This document shows, in pieces, positions 25,472-39,802 of a stretch of 64,000 nt of DNA. Position 1 is the stretch's first letter. Each line of letters begins with the position of its first letter. Under the pieces are notes generated by a model that worked only from the letters and a program-made list of their open reading frames with translations, was not told the DNA's origin and ran no database searches. The position numbers were made by a program, and so were the translations under genes. Origin of the DNA: Vicugna vicugna (Eukaryota); contig MU058221.1 in the NCBI GenBank assembly GCA_013265495.1, positions 3,286,001-3,350,000 of the forward strand. Reading direction: 5' to 3'.

Positions 25472-28400
25472 GGGTCCTCTGGTCTTTTCCATGCTCTGCC
25501 ACTTAAGAGCTGGGCAGTTTTATATAGAAAAATGGGTGCTATTTTTATTTGCTTTTTTGTAAAGTGATTTTCCGTCTTCTGTTTGAAGTCCATGGTGACC
25601 CTCCTTCTGCACTTGTGTGTTTGGTTTCACTCTCTGATTTACTCCATTGCAGGTCCAATGGGCTGTGCACTGAAGATCACTTCGTGAAATGCAATGCACT
25701 GCCCATAACCATGCTAATAAAACTTCCCTTTCTTAAAAAAAAAGCAAACAAAACCCAAAAACCAAGAGACAAGACACCTTCGATCACGAACAGCCGAAGG
25801 AAGGAACTTTACACCCACAGCAACCAGCCTCAGTCCCCGCTCCGGGTCCGTGGGCAATGTTAAAACCAGACAACTACAGACAGCATCCGGGAGAACAGAC
25901 TTAGTAACCTGTTTCTTCTTTGTACAGAAAAGTCCATAAATTCAGGGCTTTGCAACCACGAGGAACAAAAAACGCGTGCATTAGAACAGGGGAGTGACAG
26001 TCTGTTCTCTGCACAATTTTGTTCCAGGGCGTCTACGGCTTTTAAATGAGAGCTCCAGCTCCCTCAATACAGGGACGTTTCAGGGCCGTTTGTTTTTCTA
26101 AAGGGATTTTTTTTTTTAAAGGATCATATGTTTAGGGGAAACAACATTCGAAGTGTTTGATCAAATCTTCTCATGACACGATGCCACGGTCTCACTGTTT
26201 TCCTTCCTAATCACCCACCTTTTCATTTTATGTTTTTCTGGATTGTGCTGTATGTTCCTTTTCCAGTTTTAGCAGGGGGATGAGGGAGCCTTGTTCAGGG
26301 AAGTTTTCTCTCATCTGGTCAAGTCCCCAGATTACATCGTCTTATGGAGTCACAGATATTATCTGATTGCAATAGTTTTCAGAACTGGATGCATTATAAT
26401 TTTTTGAGAAGTTTCTTAAAATAAATTGCTAAGCTCCATACATACATATTTTTCCACACCAACATATTTTTTTATTTAATACGATCTTAGACTTCCATAA
26501 TGTAACATATGTTCCAGGTCATCACCGGCTACAGTCTCCTGGTATTTGAAAACCACTGATCTAGTCTGATTGCTTAACTGTCAAAAGAGGAGGCCACTGA
26601 GAGAATCAGTACTACGGTGCACTTGAGCTCACCTCTCCAGACTGCCGGTGTCATTGTCTCTTCTCATAATAGATGACACACCGCATTAACCTGACTAATA
26701 AAGAGGCAAAATTACTGAACTTCAACTTGGCAAAAGCCATAGGTCTTGAGATCCAAACATTCCACAGGAACCACCTGTACTTCCCTTTTCCTGGGTGAAC
26801 TGTTAGCATGATGAAAATGTGGTTTCAGTAGAGGGGACAGAGTGATCAATTTAAAACAAAGCCAGAAGCATTAGCCTCGTATACATGGTGTTACATTCAG
26901 CTTAATTAGGGGATAAGCCAGGACGTGTAGCGTCTCATCTCTGTGCAGATACTCAAAAAGAAAACAGCAGAAGGCAAGAAATCACACGACAATCTGGAAG
27001 AGCTGATAGAGCCAATAAAAAATTCGACTGACACGAAGGCCACACCTCAGGTGTAATTTGCTAATGGACTGGCGCGTTGAGCATCTTGGAAATCAAATTA
27101 GGAACCAGATCCCCTTGCGTTCAAAAGGTGCAGAGAATTAGTGGAGTTAATAGGTTTGATGGAAGCATTTACTGGTGGTTTGCTCTGGCTGAATGCAAAG
27201 GCGAACCCTGTAAATGCAGAATAATGAAGCACGATCCAAGGCAGGGATGGTTATGTCTACGAATGGCAATAACTTTATCAGCTGAGAAAGGACCTGCTAG
27301 AGCTGCTTGGTCCCGACAAGATGATTCAGCTCCAGATGCGCATCTTTTCCGATCATGATAGTCCGCTGAACTCAGCAGAGTGAGACAGAAAGGAGGACAC
27401 TGTACAGACGAACGGTAAGATTCCGAGTTCAGGTGTACAGCTGAGACTCACATAAACGGTGGCCAAAGTAGTACCGAGTGCATTCATTCAACAAATCATA
27501 AGACTGTTCCTCTTCCTTGGGTACTACTATCCCAGGAACTAACTGTTTGAGAAGGCTGGTGCAGGAGAGTTCCCTGAGGTTCTGAAATTGTTTTTCATAC
27601 ATTTTAAAGATGCTTTTGCTCTAAGAGGCAATGATGGAATAAAGGAGTATACTGCTTACACCAGCTGTCTGGTTTTCTCCCGGGCCCCAGATTACAGAGC
27701 AGCAGAGGGCAGAGAGCCGTGGGTCATCTAAAGCGGTTCCCAAGTGCTGGTGTGCAGGGAAGAGCTGAACTGAGAGCCTCAGAGTCAGTCGGAAAACCCG
27801 AGAAATACAGACACCAGGATCCCGTGAATAAAAACTGGGCCAGTAGAACTGGGATGGGGTCCAGGAATTCGTAAAAATAAATTCTGTTAGGTGACTCAGA
27901 TGCACAGCCATCTTAAAACCTTTCATTAGATCACATGAAACCTTTGTAGTGTCTTGGAAAAAATATTTTCTGCCCCCCTACCTTTTTTTGTGGTGGTGGT
28001 GGTGGTGGTGGTGGTGGGGTACCTCCTATGAAAAGGAATCACTACATGTCATGTTTTAATAAAAAATATTTATATTGAGTCATTAGTTTCCCTTAATAAT
28101 CCAACAAATTGGACTTTGTTGCAACCTCTGAAATAAATCCACCTGCACATCCTGTCCCAAACCAGGTAAGTGTGTTCATGTCACTAAACTCGGGTATCAA
28201 ACACACACAAAAGCAATTCCAGCCCTCTTCGCTTCTCCCTTCCACCATTTCCAATTTACTGATTATAGTAAAAGATACATGGGCATTTATCAAGGAGGCT
28301 GTTTTCCTGCACCCAAGTCAGGGTACAGCCGAGCTTTGGGACAGACACAGCACCATGTCACACGAACTGTCACGGTAACGCTGACGTGTATGTCTCTTAC

Positions 28401-28593
28401 TACAACAACTGAGCAACTTTTCTATCTAGAACAGAGAGCCCTGATACTGAGACTGAAAAAGATGCCATTAACCCCTCCTTTGTTGCACAAATATACCGAA
28501 GCCATAGGGAAATAACCAACATAATAGAAAATAATTATCCCACCTGATTTTTTCATTAATCCAGTAAAACTGCAGCATTTAAAAAGTTAAGGG

Positions 28594-28632
28594 GTGTGTG
28601 TGTGTGCGTGTGTGTGCGTGTGTGTGTGTGTG
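28594..28632. repeat. (GT)n/(GC) microsatellite
   Basis: Direct reading. Confidence 0.9.
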
Positions 28633-29394
28633 TTCAGGGTATACAGAATAGAAACGAGACGTCGCTGAGAGCTGGGACAGGTATCTTTTTCGGGTCTTTT
28701 TATTCAGGCTAAAGTACAGGATAAATCTACGTGAAAACATTGCAACACTGTGACATTCAACCTGTCAGACTCCGAAATAATGTTCACTTGGCTATTTTGA
28801 AAAGGAATACGAAAGCAAAACCCTGAAAAGACACATGTTCATTTGGGATCTGACATTTCTTCGTCTAACCCAGGTGACAATTTTCCCTCGGGAATAGAAT
28901 CAGACGTGGTTTGGCTGAATTCACACAGGACAAAGTTCGAGCAAAGCTTCTGTGCCAAACAGTTAGGGGCAAATTCATCAGCCCTGGCGGCCTGCACAGA
29001 GAACTCTGCCTGGTTTTGAAAGGAACAGTGACTATGATGATTAAAGTCTAATTGCTGTTAATATCCAGGTGAAACCCACACTGGCTTCTATTTCTCCACA
29101 CAAAGCTCCAGGTGGCCTGAGTCTCTACAGAATTAGGGAAAATTCTGGTACCTTCCCCCACTGTGTCCTCTTCTCCCACAAATACTACCCTTTCTTTCCT
29201 TTACCTGATCCAAGACCTCCCTTTTCGTTTTTGTTTTTTTTTTGAGAACCTATAATTAATAGGTGTTATTCCCATTCAATTCTAAGTGACTGAAAAAAGC
29301 CCAAATACTCTCTCTCTCCCAAGGCTATGCATATTTTAACAGGAATCAGAGGTTTCCCGAAATTGATTATATTTTAATTATTTCAACCTCTTTA

Positions 29395-29870
29395 GGGTTC
29401 ATTCATTAAACAAATACTTAGTGACTGCCTTATGTACCAAGCCCCAGTCCAGAAGCTCAGGGTATGAAAATGAATGATGCTCAGTGTGCCTGCCACGGAG
29501 GAGTCCACGCATGCATGGGAGGCAGATAAGTCAACAATTATAAACTACATATACTATAGTCAATCCAGGTTGCTCTGAGAACAGACAGAAGGAGCATTTA
29601 ATTCCACCTGGAAAGTGTGTGCGTGCGTGCGTGTGTGTGTGTGTGTGTGTGTATGTGTGTACACATGGGCTGGCACATTTAGGGATGGATTAAGAGATTT
29701 TTTAATAGAAGCAAGGCACGACTTGATCTTGAGGCAGAGAGGTAGGCTGATGGGGAAGGGCAGGAGAACATGCCAGCTGGAACAAAGATGGGCAGAAGTG
29801 CAGAGGGAAGAGTAGGAAGATGTCTTTGAGGAATAACGTGTGACTTGCAAGGCCAAGACCTGGGGGAAGA
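29395..29870 (-). mobile_element. L2 LINE 3' fragment with internal (GT)n
   Basis: TTCATTCATTAAACAAATACTTAGTGACTGCCTTATGTACCAAG, the L2 3'-end pattern. Confidence 0.65.
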
Positions 29871-32800
29871 AATATGAAAGAGTGAAGAAAACTGAACTAC
29901 AAACATAAGAAGCCTATGGTTTTGAGCTCCTGAAATCAGATGTCGAACGCATGCCATTCTACACCAGAAGATAAAATTTGTGTGATTTTGTTGCTTTTGC
30001 TACCAAGGACCAGAGGCAATGTATTCCTCTTTTTCTTGGGCAATTGGAAAACAACACATTTTTGAATAGATACGACACCACGTACCTGTGATGGGTGATG
30101 AGCCCTAAGTCCTTCATTTGATTAAATTACTAACATATTCACCCCCCCCCCAGAGATTATTTTGGGTTATGTGCTTCTGTATTTCATTACAACAGTAAAA
30201 AAAAAAATGCCTTTACAGGTCGCATGGGTAACCTACAGAAGGGATGTGCTGGGGAATGCAGTGTGTGTTTAAGCGACCTGACCTCGGGGAGCTACCGTCC
30301 ACCTCCCACAGACACTGGTAACAGGGCAGATCCGACACTGAGCGGTCTTTCGATACTCCAAGAGAACCAGGAATCTTTTTCATTATAAAGTCTAATTGAT
30401 TTATGATTTCCCATTATTTAAATTTAGGGGGAAGGAGAGAAGGGGGCAGGCAGGTCATCACCCACCCACCATAGCATCTAGTCGTGTATCTGCCTATTCA
30501 GTAACTTGCAGTGTTTTCCAAACAAGTCTTATCTTTAGACTGAATCTGAAGATGATCAGTTTTTGATCTCTAAAATACAGCTTTCTCAGTTCTTGAAATG
30601 GAACGTTTACATCTGCTCAAGAGCCTGGATTTATCACATTTAGCCATTATGATTATCAAAAAAATAGACACGTAAAAGAAATCAAAACAGAACCTGATTA
30701 ATTCAGTTGTGGTGAGGAGACACGACAGAACAAAGGGCAAGTCAGCTTCTCGTCAGCCAGCAGAAGCGGAAGGAGAAAGCAATCTTGTGGACACCTGCTT
30801 CCTTTTTTTAAATCATGTCTATTCAGTCTTTTCCAGAGGTGGGTGATAAACCTGGAGTCATCTCCGTTTCTGTTGCCTTCCACAGCTGTGTGTAACTCAG
30901 AGGAATTCAGTTCTCGGAACTTACGGCTACATATTTATGTTTTCTAGAAGGAGAGAAGGGGAGGGGTGAAACCACATTTTCCCATTTTGAGATCAAGGGT
31001 AAACTGAAATTAAGTGTGTGTAAGTTTCCTCTCAATGATTCATGCTGGGAAACTGTTTTCCCAGAATAACAATTTTGAACAGTTTTCCAGTTTTTAGAGA
31101 AATGTGATGCACGCATAGATTCTGGAGAGACAGAGTGACTTAGCTTATTTCAGTTCTTCCTACAAAGGAAGCATCAGTCAACCCACCCGGATGTTCAAGC
31201 TTGACAGGACGCACTGACCCCAAGGGCAAAAGGCGTGAGGACAATCACATTACCGGGAGAAACAGTGGAGTCTCGTGTTTGAATAAATCAGAAGGCTGCT
31301 CTTCACAGTCCTCAGGTAAGGACAGGCCGTCAGCAATTCTGCAGTATGCTAGAGTTCTGACTCCAACCAACTAAGCTATAAAGATATGGCAATATGTTAA
31401 AGTAATTAATGTATGTGGTCGTTGATTCATGATCACTGATGACCTCGAACAAAGCTGGAAACACCTGATTCGTGCTGGAGAGCGGTGTCTTTACTAGAGA
31501 CCTATCCATGAACTATTTGCTGGCTTCAAACTCAAATATCATCTCAGTGTTATCAGTGTTTTCTCTATTTTTTATTTAATTTTTCTTTTTTTAATCAAAG
31601 TTATACTTTTTACACATTTGAAACATCAAATAGTACTAAGATGTATATAACAAAGTACAACAATTCTCTGCTTCTGCTGCCCCCAGACACCGGCTTTGAA
31701 CTTCAGGGCCACCATATTCAGTTCTGACTTACGTCCTCCAATACTTTGTCTTTATGTTTCTAAATAATTGGCTTATGACTGAGTTTTTGGTTAATACAAT
31801 AGTTCAGTTATGGATCTCCGTGGCTGTTTAGAACTAAGCTTTCTAGCATCTCCATGAGAAGTCCAATCTCCCATCTTCTGGCTCATTTCATCCAATTTGA
31901 ATTACATGACTGTATTTCCACAAATATTTCTTACTGATAACTTTTTTCTCTTACAGGATCTTCACAAAGAGCTTTGCCATAGATATATTTAGTAGTTCTT
32001 CCTGATGGCCAAACACAGTACCACATCCTCCTATGATTTCCATTATGTTTCTAGAGACATTTCTCTTTGTCCTTTGCCTTCCTCCTCTGCTTAGTCCTAA
32101 GTAAAATCTTAGGTTTTACTCTTGTATTGTAGCCCAATATTTATCCTCCAAGGGCCTAAACTATATTCATTTATCTCTATTATATTTTTCATAGTTGCCA
32201 GTGTATTGAATTCTTGGTTGAAATTTCCTCTAACTTTGAAGTCATTATTCCATCATTTAATTCCCAAATTTTGAGTGGCTGTTAAGAAAAATAGAATTCT
32301 TTTTTCATACATAATTTTTCTCTTGACCCGCTGTATACTTCTGGGTCTTAATTCTCCGCATTCTGCAATTTTATAAAGACTGGATTTGCTGAGGGCTTTT
32401 TATCATTCAACGTACTGCCCACTTACTAGCACACTGTTCAGAAAATATGTACAACTCAGTTTGGAAACATTTATTTTATTATGTATTTTATCATATAGTA
32501 CTACTACGTTATTTATTTGCAATGTATCTACACCCACTTCCTCTTGTCATTTCTCTAATATTCCTTTCATCTCTGGATAGTTGGACCTCCTTGAATGAGT
32601 CTTCTTGTTCACTTCTTGGTCTTCTTCGTTCTACTTTCTAGAAGATTTCCTTGAATATATATACAAAATCTATTACTAATATTCAGTTACTTTACTTCTT
32701 ATTTTTGAAATTTCATGTGATTTTTTTTGTCTAGATATTTCAGGAGGGTTCTCCTGTGTAACATGATACTTTATGACTCACCAGCTTATATGTGTATATG

Positions 32801-35069
32801 TGTGTGTATCTGTCTATACACACACACACACATATACATATATATAATTTTCATCCACTTCCTGTAGTGTTCGTTTTATTCAACATCATTTTTTAATGTT
32901 CCTCCCACTCATGTAAGCTCTTCTAAGCATCTGGTAACCATCGTTCTGGTAATCACTGGCTCTCCATTTATAATTGAGGATGAGACACTGGTAAGCTGAC
33001 TGCAACCTTAAGTGAGCCATAGGCATGCTGAGTAGAGGACCTGACTTAAGGCAGTGAGTGGAGAGGCAGATTTATTTGAAGAACAATAATACATTTTAGA
33101 TTTTTTTTTTATGATAGGTTCTGAAGAAACTCAATGCCATGAAAAAAAACTATCTTTCAGGCTCCAGCTTGGGGAGGATACAGAATGACTGCAGGGCAAT
33201 GGCAGTGTCTGAAAAAAGCTTCATCATTCAGTTTTCAGCGGCCATTTTTCCCCCTTTCTCTTTGGTCACCTTAGCTCTCCATGCTCCCTGCCCCTGCCAC
33301 TGTGTGCAGAATCCAGAGTCTCAAACAAAACATTTTTGGAAAACAACAGCGTCTGACAAGCTGGGTGGGACTAGTCACATGACTGTGAACTCGAGGGCCA
33401 GGCAAATGGATAAAGGAGGAGCCCGTGGCGCCAGCTCTGATGACAGGTTTATAACTCATCTTCTGGCTTCACCTTGAAGCCTCACCGCCATCTTCCTGGG
33501 TGGCCTACGCCATCAAGGTTTCCCAAATTTCTGTAGGGTAAACCTTTCTTCTCATTGCTGTTCTTCTCTGTAGATGCTCACTCCGGTCTGTTCAATCACA
33601 TAAGCCACCTCCTATCTGGTAAGTCAGCAAACAACCCTCTACTGCCCACCTCCACCTTCTAGGGCTCTCTCGGCATGTTGGTTAAACTCTTCTTCTTGAG
33701 CCTCTTTGGTTTATATCTTGGCCCCTTTGCTGTCACCATAGTGAAAGCTGCAGGGAAATAGGAAATGCATTTCTGCTTTCAATTCATTATGTTTCACTCT
33801 TAGTCCAGTTCTAGTATTTTTCCTCTGCATTTTTAAGAAGGAATAAAGTACCATGGAACTAGGCAGTAATTAAGATGGCTTTTTCAATTTAAAAACAATA
33901 TATTATTTTCCTTCTGAAAGCAGTCTTGAGGTAACTGACAGAAATCCATTTCCATGCCTTTTAGTATAATCTCACTTCGCTCAAGTTTGTAGCAGTCCCT
34001 GGGTTGTTAGAATGTCTAAAATGACAGGGGGAAAAATATCCAAAGGCAAAAATATCTTGTAGGAGAAACGGCCCTAGGATTTCTGCTGAACATAATGGCT
34101 TTTTATTTCCCCTCCCACTGACTAAGGCGGAAAAATCATTTTAAGAACTGACAAAACTATATCAACAGTTTTCATTAAAAACACATTCATGTCAACATTA
34201 AGTAAGTTCCCATCAATTATAATGGGACATTTATGTTTGTGCAAACTAAGGAAATAAAAACAGCAATATAGGGCACACTGCAATCCATTTAGGAGTTCAT
34301 CATTTCCATAACGAAATCATAAAGCACTTCAGATGTGTGATTTATCACAAGATGATTGGGAAAAGATTTATCCATTCTCTTTTTCATTCCTTTGATTCAG
34401 TGCTTTGGCACACAAAATGTTTCTTTCCCATCAAAAGTTGAGAGATGGAACCCTTAGCTCTTAGAAACATGGTGTAGGCAAGAACGGATTTTATGCTTAT
34501 GAAATGATGCTTCACGAAAATGCATAAAACAATGTGGATTAGAAGCCTGCTGACAGACTCCACCTTCCAGTTAGCGTCCCCAGAGCATTTTTGCTGAAAG
34601 TACTGAGATGAGTGATGACCCCAGGTCTGCACCGTGCAGAAGCCACGACACGAAAACAAAAGCTGGCTTTCCAGCTGCTTCAAACCCCCTTTTCCAGCCT
34701 TTGTGTCAGATCTCTGCTCTTGAGTCCACTTATTAAAAATAAACAAATGAATTAAAAAAAAAAGATAGATGCTTTGACTCACACAACATTCTTTCCTTTA
34801 CGCTAGTTGTACGCTCTCTTCTTGGTCCACGGGATGGTCCCGCTTTGGCCTCGTTCATGAACATGAATTCCAGGAGAGGATGAGCTGGTCACTGAGAGGA
34901 GGAGGCCAACGAACACTCCCACTAAATCTCTTTCACTTCTTCCTTCCAAATCCTGCCCACAGGAAATGGGGAAGTACTCAAAAGAGTAACTGATGCCGAC
35001 GATAACGCAGCTTTGATACGTACGGGCAAAGCGCTTCCTGGTTCACACTGCTTGTTTTATACATTGTCT

Positions 35070-35256
35070 TGTTTACTGACGTAGTCAGTTACAATGTGTC
35101 AATTTCCGGTGTTACAGCATCATGTTTCCGTCATACATATACATACAGATATTCGTCTTCAGATTCCTTTCCATTCTAGGTTACCACAAGATACTGAATG
35201 TAATTCCCTGTGCTATACGGCAGAAATCTTTCGTTTATCTTATATACAGTAGTTAA
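35070..35256 (-). mobile_element. Young L1 3'-end fragment
   Basis: TAGTCAGTTACAATGTGTCAATTTC...TTCCCTGTGCTATAC; degenerate TSD ACATT(G/A)TCTT.TTT. Confidence 0.85.
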
Positions 35257-35516
35257 TATTTCCACATTATCTTTTTTTGATCCTCATAACCATTTTGAGC
35301 TAGGAGAGAGGCTTCACACAGTTTTAAGGAGGAAAGGTGAGATAATGCCACACAGAAGTTGGGCTAACTTGTCAGGACTCAGAGACCAAATTTAAATCTC
35401 TTCCCAATTCACAGAAGAGCTTGGCCTTCTACTTTTGTAGCTGCACAGAGTTGAACTGCAGATTCTTGTCTCTGTTCTGTGTTTTCTTCCTTTCCTTTTT
35501 CATTCATGAACCAGTT

Positions 35517-37595
35517 AGAAATAAATGGCATCCAAAAGAGAAAGGAAGAAGTAAAATTGTCTCCGTTTGCAGGTGACATGATCTTACATACAGAAAGCCC
35601 AAAAGACGCCAACAAAAACCTGTTAGATCTCATAAGTGAATTTAGTAAAGTTTCAGGTCACAGAATCAACGTACAAAAAGTACTTACATTTTTATATGCT
35701 AACAGTGAGATATCTGAAAGATATCAAGAAAACAAATGCATTGATAATAAAATAAAAAATAAAATGCTTAGAAATGAATCTAATTAAGGAGGTAAAAGAT
35801 ATATACACTGAAAACTATGAAGTATTGTTGAAAGAAATTAAAGAAGACATGAATACATGGAATGCTATCCCACATTCATGGATTGGAAGAGTAAACATTG
35901 TTCAAATGGCCTTACTAAACAAAGTAATCTGCAGGTTCTATCAAAATTCCAGTGATATCCTAAAATTCATGTAGAGCCACAAAAGACTCTAAATAGCCTA
36001 ATCAATCTTGAGCAAAAAGAGTGAAGCTGGAGGCATCACATGTCCTGATTTGAAGCTATACTGCAAAGCTATAGTAATCAGAACAGTATGGTACTGGTAT
36101 GGAAAGAAGACATACATCAGTGGAAAAGAATAAAGAACCCAGAAATAAACTCACACATACACAGTCAACTAATTTTCAACAACGTGCCAAGAATACAATA
36201 TGAAAGGATAATGCTTTCAATAAATGGTGCTGGGAAAACGGGATGTCTGCATGCCAAAGAATAATAATGGGCCCCTATCTCACACTATACACAAAAATTA
36301 ACTCAAAATGGATTAAAGACTTAAACATAAGACCAGAAACTATAAAACTCCAAGAAGAAACAAAGAGGAAAATCTCCCTGACATTGGTCTTGGCAATGCT
36401 TTTTGGAGATGACACTAAAATCACAGACAACAAAAACAAACACGTACAGATAGAAATACATCACACTAAAACGGCTCTGCATAGCAAAGGAAGCAACCCA
36501 CATGATGGCAGGCGACCTTCGGAACAGGGGAACATACTCACCAAACCTTGATCTCTTATGGGGTTAATATCCAAAATATATAATGACTCTTACAACTCAA
36601 CGGCAAAACAAAATGAAACAAAATTTCCAATTAAAAAAATGGGCAAAGCAACTGAACAAACATTTTTCCCTAAAAAGACCTGCAAATAAATGGCCAGCAG
36701 GTACATAAAAACGTGCTCAACATCACTGATCATAAAGGAAATGCAATCAAAAGCACAATGCAACGTCCCTTCACACCTGGGTGAATGGCTGTTGTTACAA
36801 TGGCAAAAGGTAACAAGTGTTGGTGAGGATGCAACAGAAAAGCAAACACTAGTACACATTTGGAGGGATGTAAATTGGCAAAGTTACGCAAAACAGCACG
36901 TGTTTCCTCCTCAGATGAATAATGACTAACACATGACCCAGTAATCTCACTGGTCGTCCATATGCACAGGAAATTCAGTCACTGTCTCAGAGGGAGACCC
37001 GCATTCCTATTTTCACTATTATCTGTAATAACAAAGACATTAAAACCACAAGCATGCAACTAGGGATACACGGATAAAGCAAATGTGAGATACACACACA
37101 CACGCACACACAATGGTATAACGGTATAGTGTTCAGTCTTTTGTAAAGAAGGGAATTTTTCAATTTGTGACAGCGTGCACGCACCTGGAAGATAATATGC
37201 TAAGTAAGATAAGCCAGCTACAGAAGACTAACTGTGCGTAATCTCACTCACAGGTGTTACCTTAAAGAAAAAAAAATCATAGTAACGGAGACTAGAGTAG
37301 TGGTTACTGGAGGCTGGGAAATGGGGAGAAAGTGAGATTTTTTGAAAAAGTGGAAATAAATTAGAATTGTGGTTGTCAGGCGCAGGAGAGCAGGGTCATG
37401 GGAAGCTACTGTTTAATGGCGCGCAGAACTTAAGTTTTGAGAAATAAAAAGAGTTTGAGGGATGGAAGATGGTGATGGTTGCTCTACAGTGTGAACATAT
37501 TTACTACCACAGAACTGTACACCTTAAAAAGTTTATGATAGTAAATTTTATGTGTATTTTGCCACAAGGAAAACTTAGGATTAAAAAAAAAAAAG
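35517..37595 (+). mobile_element. Decayed older L1 (L1MA/MB-like): ORF2 RT region to 3' UTR and poly-A; possibly two joined pieces near 37345
   Basis: Translations [15 protein letters not shown] (FADDM motif mutated), [14 protein letters not shown] and [20 protein letters not shown]; many stops and frameshifts; A-tail at 37583-37598. Confidence 0.93.
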
Positions 37596-38149
37596 AAAAT
37601 GGAGAATGAAATACTTAAGGATGGGTTCATGAACCTGTAAAGAGGTCTCTGAACATGAGGGGGATACAGTAGCTCACATGATATTATTGGCAAATTATGT
37701 TTCCTCCTTCTCCTCATTTGGGGAGAGATTCCAATAGCTTTCAGCAGAAACCTGAGTGATGCCAGCCATGAAAATTAAGGAGAAAGCTAAAAAAAGTTCT
37801 ATCATATATTTTTAATTTAAACTTACCAAAAGCAAAAGGTTCTATTGCTGCATCTACATGTTAGAGGCATGTCTAATACCAATAAATTACATTATTTGTT
37901 ATCCAAACGTTGTTAAGTGATCTCATGGAGTTAGCAAGCATTCTGCTAGGCTTGTCTCTCCTAAATTTGAAAAATACTCTAAACTGGCAAATCCATCTCC
38001 TCACCGGACAGTCTGACATTGGTGTCTGGAGACAGTGAACGGCTTGGCCGAGGTGACACAACTGCCTATTCTTCACTCCTATTAAAACCTAGGACGGCCA
38101 GGTACCTGATTGTCATTAAGGTCAGTGGACACCCAGAGCTTTATGAAAT

Positions 38150-38390
38150 AGTAACTAACATTTATTGTGCACTTACTAGGTACCACTGTTTGAAGCGCTA
38201 GCCACATGATGGCACTTCTCTCTTCACAATATTCTCACGAGGTGGGTGCGTACTAGTTCTCACAGCAGGTTGTGAGTGGCTGCTTTTACTTTACAGGTAA
38301 GGAAAGCGAGGCTTCTCAGTGTTAACTTGCTTGTGGTCAGACAGAAGTGACAGTGTCAGATTCAGACTCGGGGGGTCTGATTGCCAAGGA
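38150..38390 (-). mobile_element. MIR SINE (a second MIR lies at ~37890-38100)
   Basis: TAACATTTATTGTGCACTTACT...TTTACAGGTAAGGAAAGCGAGGC. Confidence 0.7.
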
Positions 38391-39115
38391 CCAAATGTGA
38401 GCTCAGACAGAGGCTTAAAGCCCTGTGGTAAAAAATGCTACTTCGAATCTCTTAATTTTACACACTAGCTGAAAGGTTAAGGAGGTAATTATTACCGTTA
38501 ATTTTTAAGCCAACGATACACGGATGGCGGAGATAAATCCCACCACCTAAAGCCTCCAGAAAAGGCAAAGCTATCATCTTGGCTTTGCCGCCTGCTAGCT
38601 GGAAGCCTTGGGTCAGTAACTTTTCTTGTCAGCATCCTCTGAAACCTGTCGTCTCTCACCTGCTCCGTTTCTTCACTATGAAATGATAACTTTCTCTCCT
38701 CTGCCCCTTTCTACTAGATCATGTCTAACATCATCCAAACGCAATACAATGGCTTCTACTAAAAATACCAACAGAAACAATGAACTCTGCTTGTGCCAAT
38801 GTTCCTATAACCGCAGCCCTGCCTCGGTGTCCCTCTTCCCAGCAAATACATCAGAAATTTTATATCCATGTAGTAATCTCTTTTAAAAATGGTTAAAACA
38901 AAATACAACATACATTAAAATTAGTGTAAAATAACGTATTCAGAAAGAAGGAACAAAATGAACAGCCATGATTTCACCTTTTGGTGTAAGAAGTTGAAGT
39001 TACTAGTGACTTAGGGGTAGACTGTGGACACTTGACCCCTAACGTCCTCCCCCAGCAGTAAACAGTGTCATGATTATTTGCTAATTGTCTCTTATTTTTT
39101 CTTTATAGTTTTCAT

Positions 39116-39150
<35 letters not shown>

Positions 39151-39770
39151 NNNNNNNNNNNNNNNNNNNNNNNNNNNNNNNNNNNNNNNNNNNNNNNNNN
39201 NNNNNNNNNNNNNNNNNNNNNNNNNNNNNNNNNNNNNNNNNNNNNNNNNNNNNNNNNNNNNNNNNNNNNNNNNNNNNNNNNNNNNNNNNNNNNNNNNNNN
39301 NNNNNNNNNNNNNNNNNNNNNNNNNNNNNNNNNNNNNNNNNNNNNNNNNNNNNNNNNNNNNNNNNNNNNNNNNNNNNNNNNNNNNNNNNNNNNNNNNNNN
39401 NNNNNNNNNNNNNNNNNNNNNNNNNNNNNNNNNNNNNNNNNNNNNNNNNNNNNNNNNNNNNNNNNNNNNNNNNNNNNNNNNNNNNNNNNNNNNNNNNNNN
39501 NNNNNNNNNNNNNNNNNNNNNNNNNNNNNNNNNNNNNNNNNNNNNNNNNNNNNNNNNNNNNNNNNNNNNNNNNNNNNNNNNNNNNNNNNNNNNNNNNNNN
39601 NNNNNNNNNNNNNNNNNNNNNNNNNNNNNNNNNNNNNNNNNNNNNNNNNNNNNNNNNNNNNNNNNNNNNNNNNNNNNNNNNNNNNNNNNNNNNNNNNNNN
39701 NNNNNNNNNNNNNNNNNNNNNNNNNNNNNNNNNNNNNNNNNNNNNNNNNNNNNNNNNNNNNNNNNNNNNN
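39151..39770. other. Assembly gap (620 N) inside a (CA)n(TA)n array
   Basis: N run flanked by (TA)n on both sides. Confidence 0.99.

Positions 39771-39802
<32 letters not shown>

Noticed and set aside
26950..27140. Protein-like open frames after a TGCAG acceptor
   Set aside because: No good donor and no recognisable homology; purine-rich composition explains the lack of stops.
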